This document shows positions 29,819 through 39,575 of a stretch of DNA of 64,000 nucleotides, piece after piece (within the stretch, counting starts at the first letter, position 1; each line of letters starts with the position of its first letter). Both the position numbers and the translations under genes were made by a program. A model generated the notes under the pieces. It made no database searches and was not told where the DNA came from. It saw only the letters and a program-made list of their open reading frames with translations. The stretch comes from a virus, in IMG/VR virus record IMGVR_UViG_3300020037_007643. One strand, written 5' to 3'.

Positions 29819-31565
29819 CGTCTATTTCATCCAACATACTTTTTGTAACAACAACCACTTCTTTCTCTTCTTTTTCTTCTGGAACTTGATACGATGATGG
29901 AGTTGTTGTACTTGTCATTTCATTCCATCCTTCGACTGCTTTCTTTTCATCCTCGTTTCGATCTGAGTAAGCGAATCTTTCATTTATCATCGTAAACCAT
30001 GCTGATAGTGTTTGTCCTGTCTTACGATTTTTTGCTAATGTTATTTTTGTATATTCAGTAAAATAACCCTTTGAATCTTTACCTGTATCTCTTTCTCTTT
30101 CTATTAAAAACACAAGGTCACTTTCTTGAGCTACCCCCGCGGTGTCCTTTATACTTTCAATATCCAATGCTCCGTTTGTTTTTCTTACGTGTACAGGTAG
30201 AACAATTATAACTTCTTCACTTAATGCTATTGTTTTTAAGTCTCTCACTATTTGTGTTACAAAAGTAGCATGGTTTTGTGACATATTCTTTCCTAGTATT
30301 CCATTTGTTTTTGGAAGAAGAAATCCGAGGTGGTCTATCACAACAACCTTTATATTAAATTTTTCTTTTGCTTCTTTAACTTTTGCCTCAACCCATGCAA
30401 CATTTCCTGATGTGTGTTTGGCTGGTATAACAGTAATATCATCTTCTGTCATTCCCATTGTTTTAAACTTCTTCCAAAGGTGACTTGGTAAAAGTTCATA
30501 AGAGAACCAAAGTACAGGTGCCTTTTTGGGTCCTCTGATAAAACTAAGTGTCCAATCTTGAGCAATAGACGATTTACCCTCACCTGTTCTTCCCGCAACC
30601 GAAACAAGGTCACCTGGTGAGGCACCGCCCATTATCAAGTCATCGAAACATTTCATTTCGAGTGGGTAAACATCATCTTGGTCAACAACTTGTTCAGAAG
30701 CTACAATTGAGATGTGTTTTACTTCGTCACTACCGTCAGAAAGGTGCTCGAGGAGGGCGTTATTCGGCTCATTTTTGACCGTAGAGGCCGTTAATGGAGT
30801 TTTTCGGGTCTCAATACCTTTTATGCTCCTAAACGATGCGTAGAGCTCTCCTGTGGACAATGGAGGGGTGTTTTTCTGGTTAGCTTTCACGATAATCTCC
30901 CATCCGTATGTCTCCCAGTGTGCAGGGTGTATTCTAGATAGAACCTTTCCAATAAACCTAGTTATTTCTTCATTGCGAACACCCTTGCCGTAACCTGGGT
31001 ATGATTCAAGAAGGAAGAATGCATCTGATTGTATTTCTTCAGAAGCTGGTTCTGATTTTTCTGTTTTAATCTCTACCTCTTTTTTTGTCCCACCCAATAG
31101 AAGAGCCCTAGTTTCTGGTGACATTTTTACAATAGGACAATCATTTAAAATTGAATATTCTCCTTTTGTTGTTTTTGAACCAACCGTTACACAGTACCCA
31201 CCTTCTGAACGTATATCCACTAATGGGAATATTCTAACTGCATTCTTGAATCCTTCTTCGTGCTGAAAATAAGCATGAACTCCACCAGACCCAGTACGGA
31301 CCTTAAATGTTTTATCTTTAATCAAATCAAAATCTGCACCATTCTCGAAATCAACTACAAGTAAATTACTTAACTTGCCAGTAGCTACACCAAGTTGCAT
31401 TGATGGATATATTTCAAGCCATTTTTTTATCTGTTCAAGATCAGCCTTTTCTGTCTGGTATTTCTTCCAAGGAATAAGAGGAACTTTATCTTCCCCTACG
31501 GGGATTAAAGACCACCCGATAGAAATTGCTCTCTCTGCTATTTTTAATAATTTTTCATTTATCAT
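29811..31565 (-). CDS. Primase-polymerase (prim-pol) N-terminal domain fused to a DnaB-like helicase
   Basis: N-terminal bifunctional primase/polymerase-like region. C-terminal Walker A VSVAGRTGEGKSS and Walker B VVVIDHLG. Confidence 0.75.
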   Translation of the reverse strand: MINEKLLKIAERAISIGWSLIPVGEDKVPLIPWKKYQTEKADLEQIKKWLEIYPSMQLGVATGKLSNLLVVDFENGADFDLIKDKTFKVRTGSGGVHAYFQHEEGFKNAVRIFPLVDIRSEGGYCVTVGSKTTKGEYSILNDCPIVKMSPETRALLLGGTKKEVEIKTEKSEPASEEIQSDAFFLLESYPGYGKGVRNEEITRFIGKVLSRIHPAHWETYGWEIIVKANQKNTPPLSTGELYASFRSIKGIETRKTPLTASTVKNEPNNALLEHLSDGSDEVKHISIVASEQVVDQDDVYPLEMKCFDDLIMGGASPGDLVSVAGRTGEGKSSIAQDWTLSFIRGPKKAPVLWFSYELLPSHLWKKFKTMGMTEDDITVIPAKHTSGNVAWVEAKVKEAKEKFNIKVVVIDHLGFLLPKTNGILGKNMSQNHATFVTQIVRDLKTIALSEEVIIVLPVHVRKTNGALDIESIKDTAGVAQESDLVFLIERERDTGKDSKGYFTEYTKITLAKNRKTGQTLSAWFTMINERFAYSDRNEDEKKAVEGWNEMTSTTTPSSYQVPEEKEEKEVVVVTKSMLDEIDDE

Positions 31566-31582
31566 GTATCTCGTTTGTTAAT

Positions 31583-31780
31583 TTATAAACTCGTAGATTT
31601 ACTATCTTTTTTCTCTTTACTTTTTATTTTTCTATCTTGTGATAATCCGTCATTCTTACAATGAATATCACAAAAATCACCAGCTGAAACTTGGTCTCCC
31701 CAAATAACGTTATAACAAAAACGACATCTCTTTACTGAATATGGACCCTTTTTGTCCACCAGAATATAATCACTTATCAT
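31583..31780 (-). CDS. Small zinc-binding protein
   Basis: CRFC...CDIHC. Confidence 0.35.
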   Translation of the reverse strand: MISDYILVDKKGPYSVKRCRFCYNVIWGDQVSAGDFCDIHCKNDGLSQDRKIKSKEKKDSKSTSL

Positions 31781-31956
31781 ATTTCATTTAATTTAATTAT
31801 TAAAAATTCTTATCAAACAAATAATCTTCAATCAACTCACGTCCAACATCATTCCACCATTGGACGTATAACTCAGCATCTGAGTCGTTATTAAAAGACA
31901 TTAAGATTTCATTTTCCTTAACTGTTGTCACTATTTCTTTTTTTAATTCTATTTTA

Positions 31957-32514
31957 TTATTCATTTCTTTTATTATTACCTTCTAATTTTATAATTTCAC
32001 AATCCTCAACAATTCTACCAACTATTCTATCTCCAACTTTTTCTTTTAATTCGTTAAGGTCCAGATTACTCGTATAAGTTGTTGGGTACATCCATTCGTA
32101 CCGGTCATTTATAATCTGAAACATTTTTACAATCACCGCCTCACTTGATTTTTCAACACCAACATCGTCTATAATTAAAAGTCCCTTATACTCACTTAAA
32201 TCTTTTAGAAACTGCATCATTTCAACCGTTGATTCATATTGGGGACTTTCGTAATGGGGGAGACCTGTAAATGTTCCCTTTATTGCTTCAACAATATCTA
32301 GGCCCCTCACTACGACACACGGAAGGCCGTGTTCCGTAACTAGGTTATAAATTGCATATGCAATGTATGTTTTCCCAACTCCTGTGTCACCAAAGATATA
32401 TAAACAAGGTGGTTCTCTTTTTTTTATAGATTCTTCGAGCATTTTATATATACCAGAATTTATATTTTTAACGGAAGAATCTTTGTACCGAGGTTTTATT
32501 TGTGTCTTAAGCAT
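31957..32514 (-). CDS. DnaC/IstB-like helicase-loader ATPase
   Basis: Walker A GDTGVGKTY and Walker B LLIIDDVG. Confidence 0.75.
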   Translation of the reverse strand: MLKTQIKPRYKDSSVKNINSGIYKMLEESIKKREPPCLYIFGDTGVGKTYIAYAIYNLVTEHGLPCVVVRGLDIVEAIKGTFTGLPHYESPQYESTVEMMQFLKDLSEYKGLLIIDDVGVEKSSEAVIVKMFQIINDRYEWMYPTTYTSNLDLNELKEKVGDRIVGRIVEDCEIIKLEGNNKRNE

Positions 32515-32515
32515 A

Positions 32516-33289
32516 TTAGTTTTTTAATTTTATAACATTTTTCATATAATCATTTTCATTGCGGTCTTTATGGACCCCTGCTGGGGATGACGAGCGGTCG
32601 TAATACTCAGTCAGGTCGTCATACCAAGATTGCTTGTTTAAAAAAGTGACTGGGTCTTTTATAAAACCTTTTTTCCAACGATCTGTTTTTTTTGCCTCTT
32701 TTATAAAACCAAGGATTTTATCTATATCTTTTTCAAAACCTTTTTTAAACCATTTTTCTCTTGCTTTTATTTTGTTCTCTTTCTTTGGGTATTCCAACCA
32801 AAATTGGTTAAAAGAATCTTCTTTTTTACCATCATTGCACATATCCTTATCATTAGTATAATGATTAGTATCTAGTATAATGATATGTTCACATTCGTGA
32901 ACGGCTCCCTGTTCGTTTTCGTGAACGGCTCCATTCATTTTTATGAACGGTCCGTTCGTTTCAATGAACAGGCTGTCTATCTTTTCTGTGAGTGAAACGA
33001 ACATCTTTTGGGCACTACCAGTACCAACCATTTTTGTTTTTATGTATCCTTCGTTCTCTATCCTTTTAAACCTTGGTGTTAATGCACTCTTGCTTTTGAT
33101 GCGAAGTAGGGGCATATCAGAAATAATGGTATTGTAATCAATCCATGTCATTCCTTCGATTCTTTTTTCTTCAATTGAGTCGTTTTTTGAAGAGCATATT
33201 GTTATTACCCAGTCCAAAATAGCACAATCTATTAAATTTAGTGTGCTTTTTTCTAAAACTTTTTGATTTATATTTATATTATATTTCAT
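32516..33289 (-). CDS. Hypothetical replication-associated protein (possible DnaD-like initiator partner)
   Basis: Immediately upstream of the DnaC-like gene in the same operon. Function inferred from position only. Confidence 0.45.
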   Translation of the reverse strand: MKYNININQKVLEKSTLNLIDCAILDWVITICSSKNDSIEEKRIEGMTWIDYNTIISDMPLLRIKSKSALTPRFKRIENEGYIKTKMVGTGSAQKMFVSLTEKIDSLFIETNGPFIKMNGAVHENEQGAVHECEHIIILDTNHYTNDKDMCNDGKKEDSFNQFWLEYPKKENKIKAREKWFKKGFEKDIDKILGFIKEAKKTDRWKKGFIKDPVTFLNKQSWYDDLTEYYDRSSSPAGVHKDRNENDYMKNVIKLKN

Positions 33290-33318
33290 AATCTTTTAAG
33301 ATTTAAACTTGTAATTAC

Positions 33319-33347
33319 ATTATACTCCCCTATATTAAAGAAGTCAA
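33319..33347 (-). promoter_or_regulatory. Conserved promoter copy
   Basis: Reverse complement reads TTGACTtctttaatataggggagTATAATgtaattacaag. Confidence 0.7.
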
Positions 33348-33360
33348 CATCATACCCAGG

Positions 33361-33420
33361 CAGCAACAAAAACCCTCAAGAGAGGGATATTGAAATATCG
33401 TTATCTTGAGGGGTTGTTTT
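33361..33420. terminator. Long imperfect hairpin with T-runs on both strands
   Basis: AACCCTCAAG...CTTGAGGGGTT followed by GTTTTGTG on the + strand and TTTTGTTG on the - strand. Confidence 0.45.
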
Positions 33421-33682
33421 GTGCATTCACGATCTCTGCTTTGAGAGAATGCATGTTTGTCACAAATGCTTTCGGTTCAACTTGGAGCATTCCCTGGATA
33501 TACTGTTGCTTTGCATCTTGTATTTCTGGGGTATCTTCAAATTTGAAATAACCGATAGACTGGTTTTTGTTGCCTTCGTACTGAACATCAATACCTGTCA
33601 TGTAAAACTTGAGAGTTACAAGGGTTGTTGCTAGATAAAGGTCTCTTGTTGAAAAAATTCTATTGCTATTTTTATTTTCCAT
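33401..33682 (-). CDS. Hypothetical protein
   Basis: 93-aa ORF. Confidence 0.5.
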   Translation of the reverse strand: MENKNSNRIFSTRDLYLATTLVTLKFYMTGIDVQYEGNKNQSIGYFKFEDTPEIQDAKQQYIQGMLQVEPKAFVTNMHSLKAEIVNAQNNPSR

Positions 33683-33764
33683 TTGATTTATTTTAATTTG
33701 TTAATTTGATAATTATAGCATAAGTAACTAGATATTTATGCTTTTGTTTATTGTTGTTTAATAC

Positions 33765-33793
33765 TTGACTTTTTTAATATAAGAGAGTATACT
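33765..33793 (+). promoter_or_regulatory. Promoter variant (TTGACT-N17-TATACT), near-leaderless
   Basis: TTGACTtttttaatataagagagTATACT with the ATG of the SNF2 gene about 12 nt downstream. Confidence 0.55.
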
Positions 33794-33805
33794 TATTTAT
33801 GTAGT

Positions 33806-35461
33806 ATGTATATAAATTATGAAAAAACAGAATATTATGAGTTTACATTTGAGTTCAGATTTCATGAGGATATTATAGAATACTGTAGATTTATAAGATC
33901 AGCGTATGGTTGGAAAGAGTTTACTTTTAATAATGGTAAATGGAGATTTAATGATTCTGCTATAATGTTTTTGATAAAGAATAAATACCCAGATGTGGTG
34001 ATTAGCCAAGAGGCACTTTCTGCTGTTCAAAAAACTGATGATGAAAAAAGAAGTGAATCAGAGATAGAGGAGAATGCAAAGAGGATAAAAAATTCAATTG
34101 ATTCTGATATTGTTATTGATGGGATTAAGGGGGAATTATATAATTACCAAAAAATTGGTGTTGAGTTTTTTATGAATAATAATGGGAGGGCAATACTGGC
34201 GGATTCCCCAGGGAGTGGAAAAACACTACAGACTCTTGCTTTTATCGTAAAACAGAAATTTAAAAAATCTTTAATTATTTGCCCAGCGTCTGTGAAATTT
34301 TCTTGGCAGTTAGAAGTTGAAAGGTGGACACATTTAAAATCTTTTGTTGTTGATGGAAAAACAAAAACACAAGAAATTCCAAATGATGTTGATGTTATAA
34401 TAATTAATTATGATATTCTTAAGAAATTTTATAAGTGGTTAGTTAATGTTAAATTTGACACAATGGTTTGTGATGAAAGTCATTTAATAAAAACACCAAC
34501 ATCTGTAAGAAGTAAAGTTGTTAAACTTTTATCGAGAGATATACCTTCAATAATAATGCTTAGTGGAACTCCGATCTTGTCAAGGCCTATCGAGATGTAT
34601 AACATGCTTAATATTCTAGATCCGAAAACATGGAATAGTTATTATGGTTTTGCTGAGAAATATTGTGACGGCCAGAAGGGATATTATGGGTATCAAGCAA
34701 AAGGGGCAACAAACCTTGCAGAGCTTAGTGAAAAGATTGGTAAGTATTTTTTAAGAAGAACAAAAGATCAAATATTAAAAGAGTTACCACCAATGATCCA
34801 AATTTTTAGACCGATTGAATTATCTGGAGAATTTAAATCAAATTATAAAAAAATATCTGATGAGTTTGTAAAATACCTTCGTGAAAATAAAGGTAAAAAA
34901 GATAAGCAAATTGAAAAATCTCTTTCTGCTGAAAAGCTTGTGAAAATTAATTACTTAAGAGAGTTAACTTCTCTTGGAAAATTAGATTCAACAAGAGAAC
35001 TTATTGATTCAATGATAGATTCAGGAGAGAAGGTGATTGTGTTCTCTTGTTTCAATGAACCATTAAAAATTCTTCGTGATGAATATCCGGATTCTGTTTT
35101 AATTATTGCTGAAACAAGTGTTAGTGAAAGAGGAGAGTTGGTCAAAAAATTTCAAGAAGACCCAAACTGTAAGGTATTTTTCGGAGGTATTAAATCTGCA
35201 AGTGCTGGTATAACTCTTACCGCTGCAACAAATGTAATTTTTATAGATTACAGCTGGACTCCATCTGATCACGAACAGGGTGCTAATCGTTTACATCGAC
35301 CAGGGCAGAAAGCTGATTCTGTTAATATTTATAGCTTGCACGCCATTAATACAATTGATGATTTTATGGCAAGGTTGCTTAAAAAGAAGTCAAGTATATT
35401 TAATCAAGTTATTGAGACGCAAAAATCAGAATTAGATTATTTAATTGAAGGAACCTCTTGA
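33806..35461 (+). CDS. SNF2-family helicase
   Basis: Walker A ADSPGSGKT, DEAH-box CDESH and a C-terminal helicase domain. Confidence 0.85.
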   Translation: MYINYEKTEYYEFTFEFRFHEDIIEYCRFIRSAYGWKEFTFNNGKWRFNDSAIMFLIKNKYPDVVISQEALSAVQKTDDEKRSESEIEENAKRIKNSIDSDIVIDGIKGELYNYQKIGVEFFMNNNGRAILADSPGSGKTLQTLAFIVKQKFKKSLIICPASVKFSWQLEVERWTHLKSFVVDGKTKTQEIPNDVDVIIINYDILKKFYKWLVNVKFDTMVCDESHLIKTPTSVRSKVVKLLSRDIPSIIMLSGTPILSRPIEMYNMLNILDPKTWNSYYGFAEKYCDGQKGYYGYQAKGATNLAELSEKIGKYFLRRTKDQILKELPPMIQIFRPIELSGEFKSNYKKISDEFVKYLRENKGKKDKQIEKSLSAEKLVKINYLRELTSLGKLDSTRELIDSMIDSGEKVIVFSCFNEPLKILRDEYPDSVLIIAETSVSERGELVKKFQEDPNCKVFFGGIKSASAGITLTAATNVIFIDYSWTPSDHEQGANRLHRPGQKADSVNIYSLHAINTIDDFMARLLKKKSSIFNQVIETQKSELDYLIEGTS

Positions 35462-35486
35462 CTTCTTTAATATAGGGGAGTATAAT
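35458..35486 (+). promoter_or_regulatory. Conserved promoter copy
   Basis: TTGACTtctttaatataggggagTATAATggaattgtaa. Confidence 0.7.
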
Positions 35487-35532
35487 GGAATTGTAATAGT
35501 CGAAGTATTACAATATTAATAATAAAAATTAA

Positions 35533-36387
35533 ATGAAAATGTATACAAAAGAAAATGGTGAGTTGAATGTAGGTAAGGTTATTAAGCATATAGTTATTGG
35601 TTTGGTTCTAACTGTTCTCGTATTTAGCAGTTTCGGGATTATAAAAGCAGGATCTGTTGGAGTTAAAACACGGCTCGGAAAAGTAGTTGGGATAATTAAT
35701 CAAGGACCTTATTTGAAGTTTCCAGTTATTGAAAAAGTCTACAAGATGGATGTTAAGACTAGAACAATAAATTACGATAAGAATGGTAAAGAGGGAGATT
35801 CAAAGGATACATCAGAATTATTTGGTGCATCAAAAGATCTTCAAGATGTAAAGATTGGTGTTGTTGTAACATATCACGTTGACCCAACTAAGGCGATACA
35901 AATATATTCACAGTATAGTTCTGTTGATAATTATGAAGTAAATGTTATTGAACCAATGGTTCGTCAAATTGTTAAGTCAACCTCAGCAGAATTTACAGCA
36001 GAGGAACTTGTTACAAAGAGATCTGAATATAGTGACAAGGTTAACATGATACTTGATACGCAACTCACAGAAAAAAGCTCTATTCTTGAGGATTTCTCAG
36101 TTACCAATTTTGAATTCTCAAAAGCATTTAGTGAGGCTGTGGAATTAAAAGTTACAGCTGAGCAAAGTGCCCTAGGTGCTAAAAATAAACTAGAACAAGC
36201 TAAGTACGAAAAGGAACAGAAGATTGTTCAAGCTCAAGGTGAGGCAGAATCAATTAAAATTCAGTCTCAGGCTATTAACTCACAGGGTGGAGCTGATTAT
36301 GTTCAATTGCAAGCTATTAAACAATGGAAAGGTGATGTACCTCAGTACATGATGGGTAATTCTGTTCCATTTATAAATATTAAATAG
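35533..36387 (+). CDS. SPFH/band-7 (prohibitin or HflK/C-like) membrane protein
   Basis: N-terminal transmembrane segment, a band-7 core and a C-terminal coiled coil AEQSALGAKNKLEQAKYEKEQKIVQAQGEAE. Confidence 0.75.
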   Translation: MKMYTKENGELNVGKVIKHIVIGLVLTVLVFSSFGIIKAGSVGVKTRLGKVVGIINQGPYLKFPVIEKVYKMDVKTRTINYDKNGKEGDSKDTSELFGASKDLQDVKIGVVVTYHVDPTKAIQIYSQYSSVDNYEVNVIEPMVRQIVKSTSAEFTAEELVTKRSEYSDKVNMILDTQLTEKSSILEDFSVTNFEFSKAFSEAVELKVTAEQSALGAKNKLEQAKYEKEQKIVQAQGEAESIKIQSQAINSQGGADYVQLQAIKQWKGDVPQYMMGNSVPFINIK

Positions 36388-36388
36388 T

Positions 36389-36697
36389 ATGAAAAATAAA
36401 GGTTTTACATTAATAGAGGTATTAACAATAATTGCTATCATGGGGATACTTATTTCTGTAATCTTGGCTTCGGTATCTGAAAATAAAGAATCAAAAGATG
36501 TAATTAATAGTACTTATCTTGATGACAGAAATTCAAAGTTTGAAAAATCTGCAATACAAAAAACAACAGAAAGTGTCGATGTGAATACTTCTAATGACCC
36601 ATGTTACGGTATTGATAATAGTGAAATTAGAAGTCAGTGTGTTGAAGAAAATTATAAGTCAAAAAAAATACAAGAGTGCGTTGAGTTGTATTCTTAG
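36389..36697 (+). CDS. Type IV pilin/pseudopilin-like protein
   Basis: Class III signal KGFTLIEVLTIIAIMGILISV (G/FTLIE prepilin cleavage-methylation motif). Confidence 0.6.
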   Translation: MKNKGFTLIEVLTIIAIMGILISVILASVSENKESKDVINSTYLDDRNSKFEKSAIQKTTESVDVNTSNDPCYGIDNSEIRSQCVEENYKSKKIQECVELYS

Positions 36698-36705
36698 GCT
36701 ATTAT

Positions 36706-37296
36706 ATGGAAAATGAATATAACCCAATGATCGGTATGACACTTGATCATATTAATGACGCTGTGAGGAATACTCTTGGTGGGGGGGGTATTACCAGTCA
36801 CCAGATTGGTGAAATACAAGAAATACCATACACAGATCCCGCTATGGTTCAATTTCAAGATTATGAAGAAGCTTTGCGTCCACGTATAAATGACCCCATT
36901 GTGACTGTTGACCCATCTAATAATTATTATTTCACATCTGTCCCTATTCGTTTTTTGGGTCATTCCAATATTGTTATAGGTGATGTGCCTCGTGGTATTA
37001 CATTAGTTGGAAATAATAAATTATTTTATTATGTAGATGGGGTACAATACACACATCAATTATCACTTGCTCAAATTAGTTCACTTCGCCGTATTTTGGA
37101 AAACCCATCTTTGTCACAACCATCATATAGCCCACCTGTGCCTCCTGGTCCAGAGGGTGTACGAACACGAGAAAGATTTATGTATAACGAGGCATTAAAC
37201 TCTTTAGGTATATTACCAGAAAATGAAACAAATAATCAATCAAACAATGAAACAAACGAACAAGAAGAAGATGAAGAAGAAAGTGAATATTTCTAA
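36706..37296 (+). CDS. Hypothetical protein with an acidic C-terminus
   Basis: 196-aa ORF. Confidence 0.5.
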   Translation: MENEYNPMIGMTLDHINDAVRNTLGGGGITSHQIGEIQEIPYTDPAMVQFQDYEEALRPRINDPIVTVDPSNNYYFTSVPIRFLGHSNIVIGDVPRGITLVGNNKLFYYVDGVQYTHQLSLAQISSLRRILENPSLSQPSYSPPVPPGPEGVRTRERFMYNEALNSLGILPENETNNQSNNETNEQEEDEEESEYF

Positions 37297-37666
37297 AAAT
37301 AAAATAAGAGTATTTACTAGTGGTGCTAGTAGGAATTCAGATGCAGGCAAATTTGATTACGAAGGATTTAATAATCCAGTTGTTGATCACTCTTTTGCTA
37401 AATACATGCACGGCCATAGGATGATGGAAGATGGATCATTGAGAGATAGTGATAATTGGCAGAAAGGTATACCTAAAGACGAATTGGCAAAGTCTTTAGT
37501 AAGACACATTAATGATTTTAGATTAATACATCGTGGCTATAAGGTATTAGATGAAAAGGGCGATGAGGTAACTATTGAAGATTGTCTCAATGCTATTAAA
37601 TTTAATTCTAATGGATACTTACTTGATATACTTAAGGGAAGTAAAATAATAAAAAGAGGTGAATAA
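37223..37666 (+). CDS. Hypothetical protein (true start likely the internal ATG near 37271)
   Basis: 147-aa ORF whose 5' end overlaps the previous gene. Confidence 0.45.
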   Translation: MKQIINQTMKQTNKKKMKKKVNISKNKIRVFTSGASRNSDAGKFDYEGFNNPVVDHSFAKYMHGHRMMEDGSLRDSDNWQKGIPKDELAKSLVRHINDFRLIHRGYKVLDEKGDEVTIEDCLNAIKFNSNGYLLDILKGSKIIKRGE

Positions 37667-38132
37667 AATAAATGAAAAAATAAAGGTGTTGTTTCTTGAT
37701 ATGGACGGTGTAGTGAACAGTGAGGCTTGCTACAAACGTGGTTTATTTAAAACAGATTTCCCTGTTGATGCATATATGGCTTTTCTTGTAGGTAAAATAC
37801 AACTAGATACAAATTGCAAAGTTGTTTTATCATCATCGTGGCGACACCACCCTGAAAGTGTTGAGCAAATAAATAAACAACTTGTACCATTGTTGGACAT
37901 AACAGGAAGTGAACCGCTTGACCCAAGCAGACCAAGAGGAATAGAAAACTGTCAACGTGGAAGAGAAATTAAAGCATGGTTGGATAAACATCCAGAGGTT
38001 GAGAAGTATGCGATACTAGATGATGAAAATGATATGCTACCAGAGCAACAAGAAAACTTCTTTCAGACGTCTTGGAAAACTGGAATTACAAAAGAAATAG
38101 CTGATGATGTAATTAAACATCTCAGTGATTAA
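37659..38132 (+). CDS. HAD-superfamily phosphatase (polynucleotide 3'-phosphatase-like)
   Basis: Motif I LFLDMDGVVNS (DxDGV). Confidence 0.55.
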   Translation: MNKINEKIKVLFLDMDGVVNSEACYKRGLFKTDFPVDAYMAFLVGKIQLDTNCKVVLSSSWRHHPESVEQINKQLVPLLDITGSEPLDPSRPRGIENCQRGREIKAWLDKHPEVEKYAILDDENDMLPEQQENFFQTSWKTGITKEIADDVIKHLSD

Positions 38133-38135
38133 AAT

Positions 38136-38384
38136 ATGGTAAATTTAAAGAAAAATACAAAAAATCATTACGCCCCTAAAAGATGGAGTCTTGATAAGGT
38201 GAGTAATAAAATAAAGGGTTTATTAAATAAGATATGGAATTCTGAAAAAGGAAGTAAAGAGTGGTATTTATATCAATTCAAAAGAGAATTAGAACAGATT
38301 AAAAAGCACGTTATTTTCCTTAATCAGATAATAGAGTTTTACGAGAAGTCTGATCAGACAAATAATAAAAGAAAGGGAAAGTAA
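38136..38384 (+). CDS. Hypothetical basic protein
   Basis: 82-aa ORF. Confidence 0.45.
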   Translation: MVNLKKNTKNHYAPKRWSLDKVSNKIKGLLNKIWNSEKGSKEWYLYQFKRELEQIKKHVIFLNQIIEFYEKSDQTNNKRKGK

Positions 38385-38406
38385 AACTTATGGTAGAATA
38401 ATAGTC

Positions 38407-38435
38407 TTGACTTCTTTAGTATAGGGGAGTATAAT
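38407..38435 (+). promoter_or_regulatory. Conserved promoter copy that drives the ORF-free structured region and the tRNA array
   Basis: TTGACTtctttagtataggggagTATAATggatttgtaag. Confidence 0.7.
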
Positions 38436-38441
38436 GGATTT

Positions 38442-39470
38442 GTAAGTGATGAGAATTAGTGGGATTCTGGTGAATGAAATAAACCAGGTTAAATCATATT
38501 ATGATTTATTTTGTTAAAGTCCCATTAGTTATGCGAGATTGGTATATACGGTATTACGTCAGTTTTCCAAACTGAAAAAAAGAGTCCAAGTCTCTTATCT
38601 CGCACATGTGTTACATTACTGTAACACTCTCATTATTGCAGTGGACAGAACAGCTAAGGCTTCTCTTATCCATTGTCGCAATAATGAGGATATGTGGTGT
38701 TGTCGTTATGATTGACTGAAGTTTTGTTTATATAGCACTCAGCAATATATCGTACTCACATATCTTGAGTCGATGATGTAATAGCAGCATTTCGGTCTCC
38801 AAAACCGTTCGTCCTAGTGCAAGTCTAGGTCGGCTCGCAGTTCATTAAAATTAAATGTTTCGCAGGCGGACAAGGCTTCTATAGAGCCCAGATAAAAATG
38901 GGGGCTGTAGTGAGGCACGGTATAGTTGTAACTTTGGAGTGAAACCAAGGGGTATACTTGAAACCGTGATGGGTAGCGCGTGGCCTGCACTTGGGCGTGA
39001 CGAATTTCGATTTAGTTGTTTATTTTAATTTTGCATAGCAGAGTATGATCATATCTCTTAAAAGTGATCTCTTGATAAACTCAAACCAGTCTATCGTTTC
39101 TCCGTTTTTCTCTTTCGCAGACTTCGGTCTCGTAACAGCCTAGCGGTGTGTACTCCACATAACTCTTGCAGTGTGGATGTACGCATAATATTTGCAAGAT
39201 AGCTTTCGGAGTTTTTTTATTATACGGAAGTGATAAAAAAATAAAATATGCTGGTGAACCAAGCGGAAACCGCTGATGTATATTCAGACAGGCAATGTAG
39301 ATTAAGTTAAGATACCGATTAAAGATTAGGGTGTAACTCCCTACACGTCCACCTGAAGGAAGATTGGGGCGCGGGTTGACTGACCCAATAATGTACACAA
39401 AGCTAGTACCAGAGAAAAGATTGCCGGTAGAAATACTTAAAGGCATATACCACAGGCTTAGCAAGCATGG
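38442..39470 (+). ncRNA. Candidate large structured noncoding RNA (about 1 kb, ORF-free, G+C visibly higher than the flanks)
   Basis: Only spurious ORFs, and G+C visibly above the flanks (no composition computed). Several tetraloop hairpins are present (AGAC-TTCG-GTCT, AGCGG-AAA-CCGCT, GTGTA-ACTCCC-TACAC, GGGT-TGACTG-ACCC). It lies directly downstream of a consensus promoter and upstream of tRNA-Pro. Confidence 0.35.
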
Positions 39471-39476
39471 TTCACC

Positions 39477-39550
39477 ACAGAGATTGTTGAAATGGTATCA
39501 TATGCCCCTTGGACGGGTAAGTCGGGAGTTCGATTCTCTCATCTCTGACC
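39477..39550 (+). tRNA. tRNA-Pro (anticodon UGG)
   Basis: Acceptor CAGAGAT/ATCTCTG, anticodon stem TGCCC/GGGTA, loop CTTGGAC, T-arm GGGAG-TTCGATT-CTCTC, encoded CCA. The D-stem is weak. Confidence 0.5.
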
Positions 39551-39575
39551 ATTATTAATTAATTTTTAAAACAAT

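Noticed and set aside
39081-39558. ORFs 39081-39464 (-) and 39364-39558 (+)
   Set aside because: They lie inside the high-GC structured segment and across tRNA-Pro. They have no start context and are most likely non-coding.
38880-39560. tmRNA (the sequence GGGGGCTG at about 38899 resembles a tmRNA 5' end, and a tRNA-like 3' end lies at 39477-39550)
   Set aside because: No 3' strand complementary to the GGGGCTG start, no recognisable tag reading frame, and the 3' tRNA-like part folds as a complete stand-alone tRNA-Pro.
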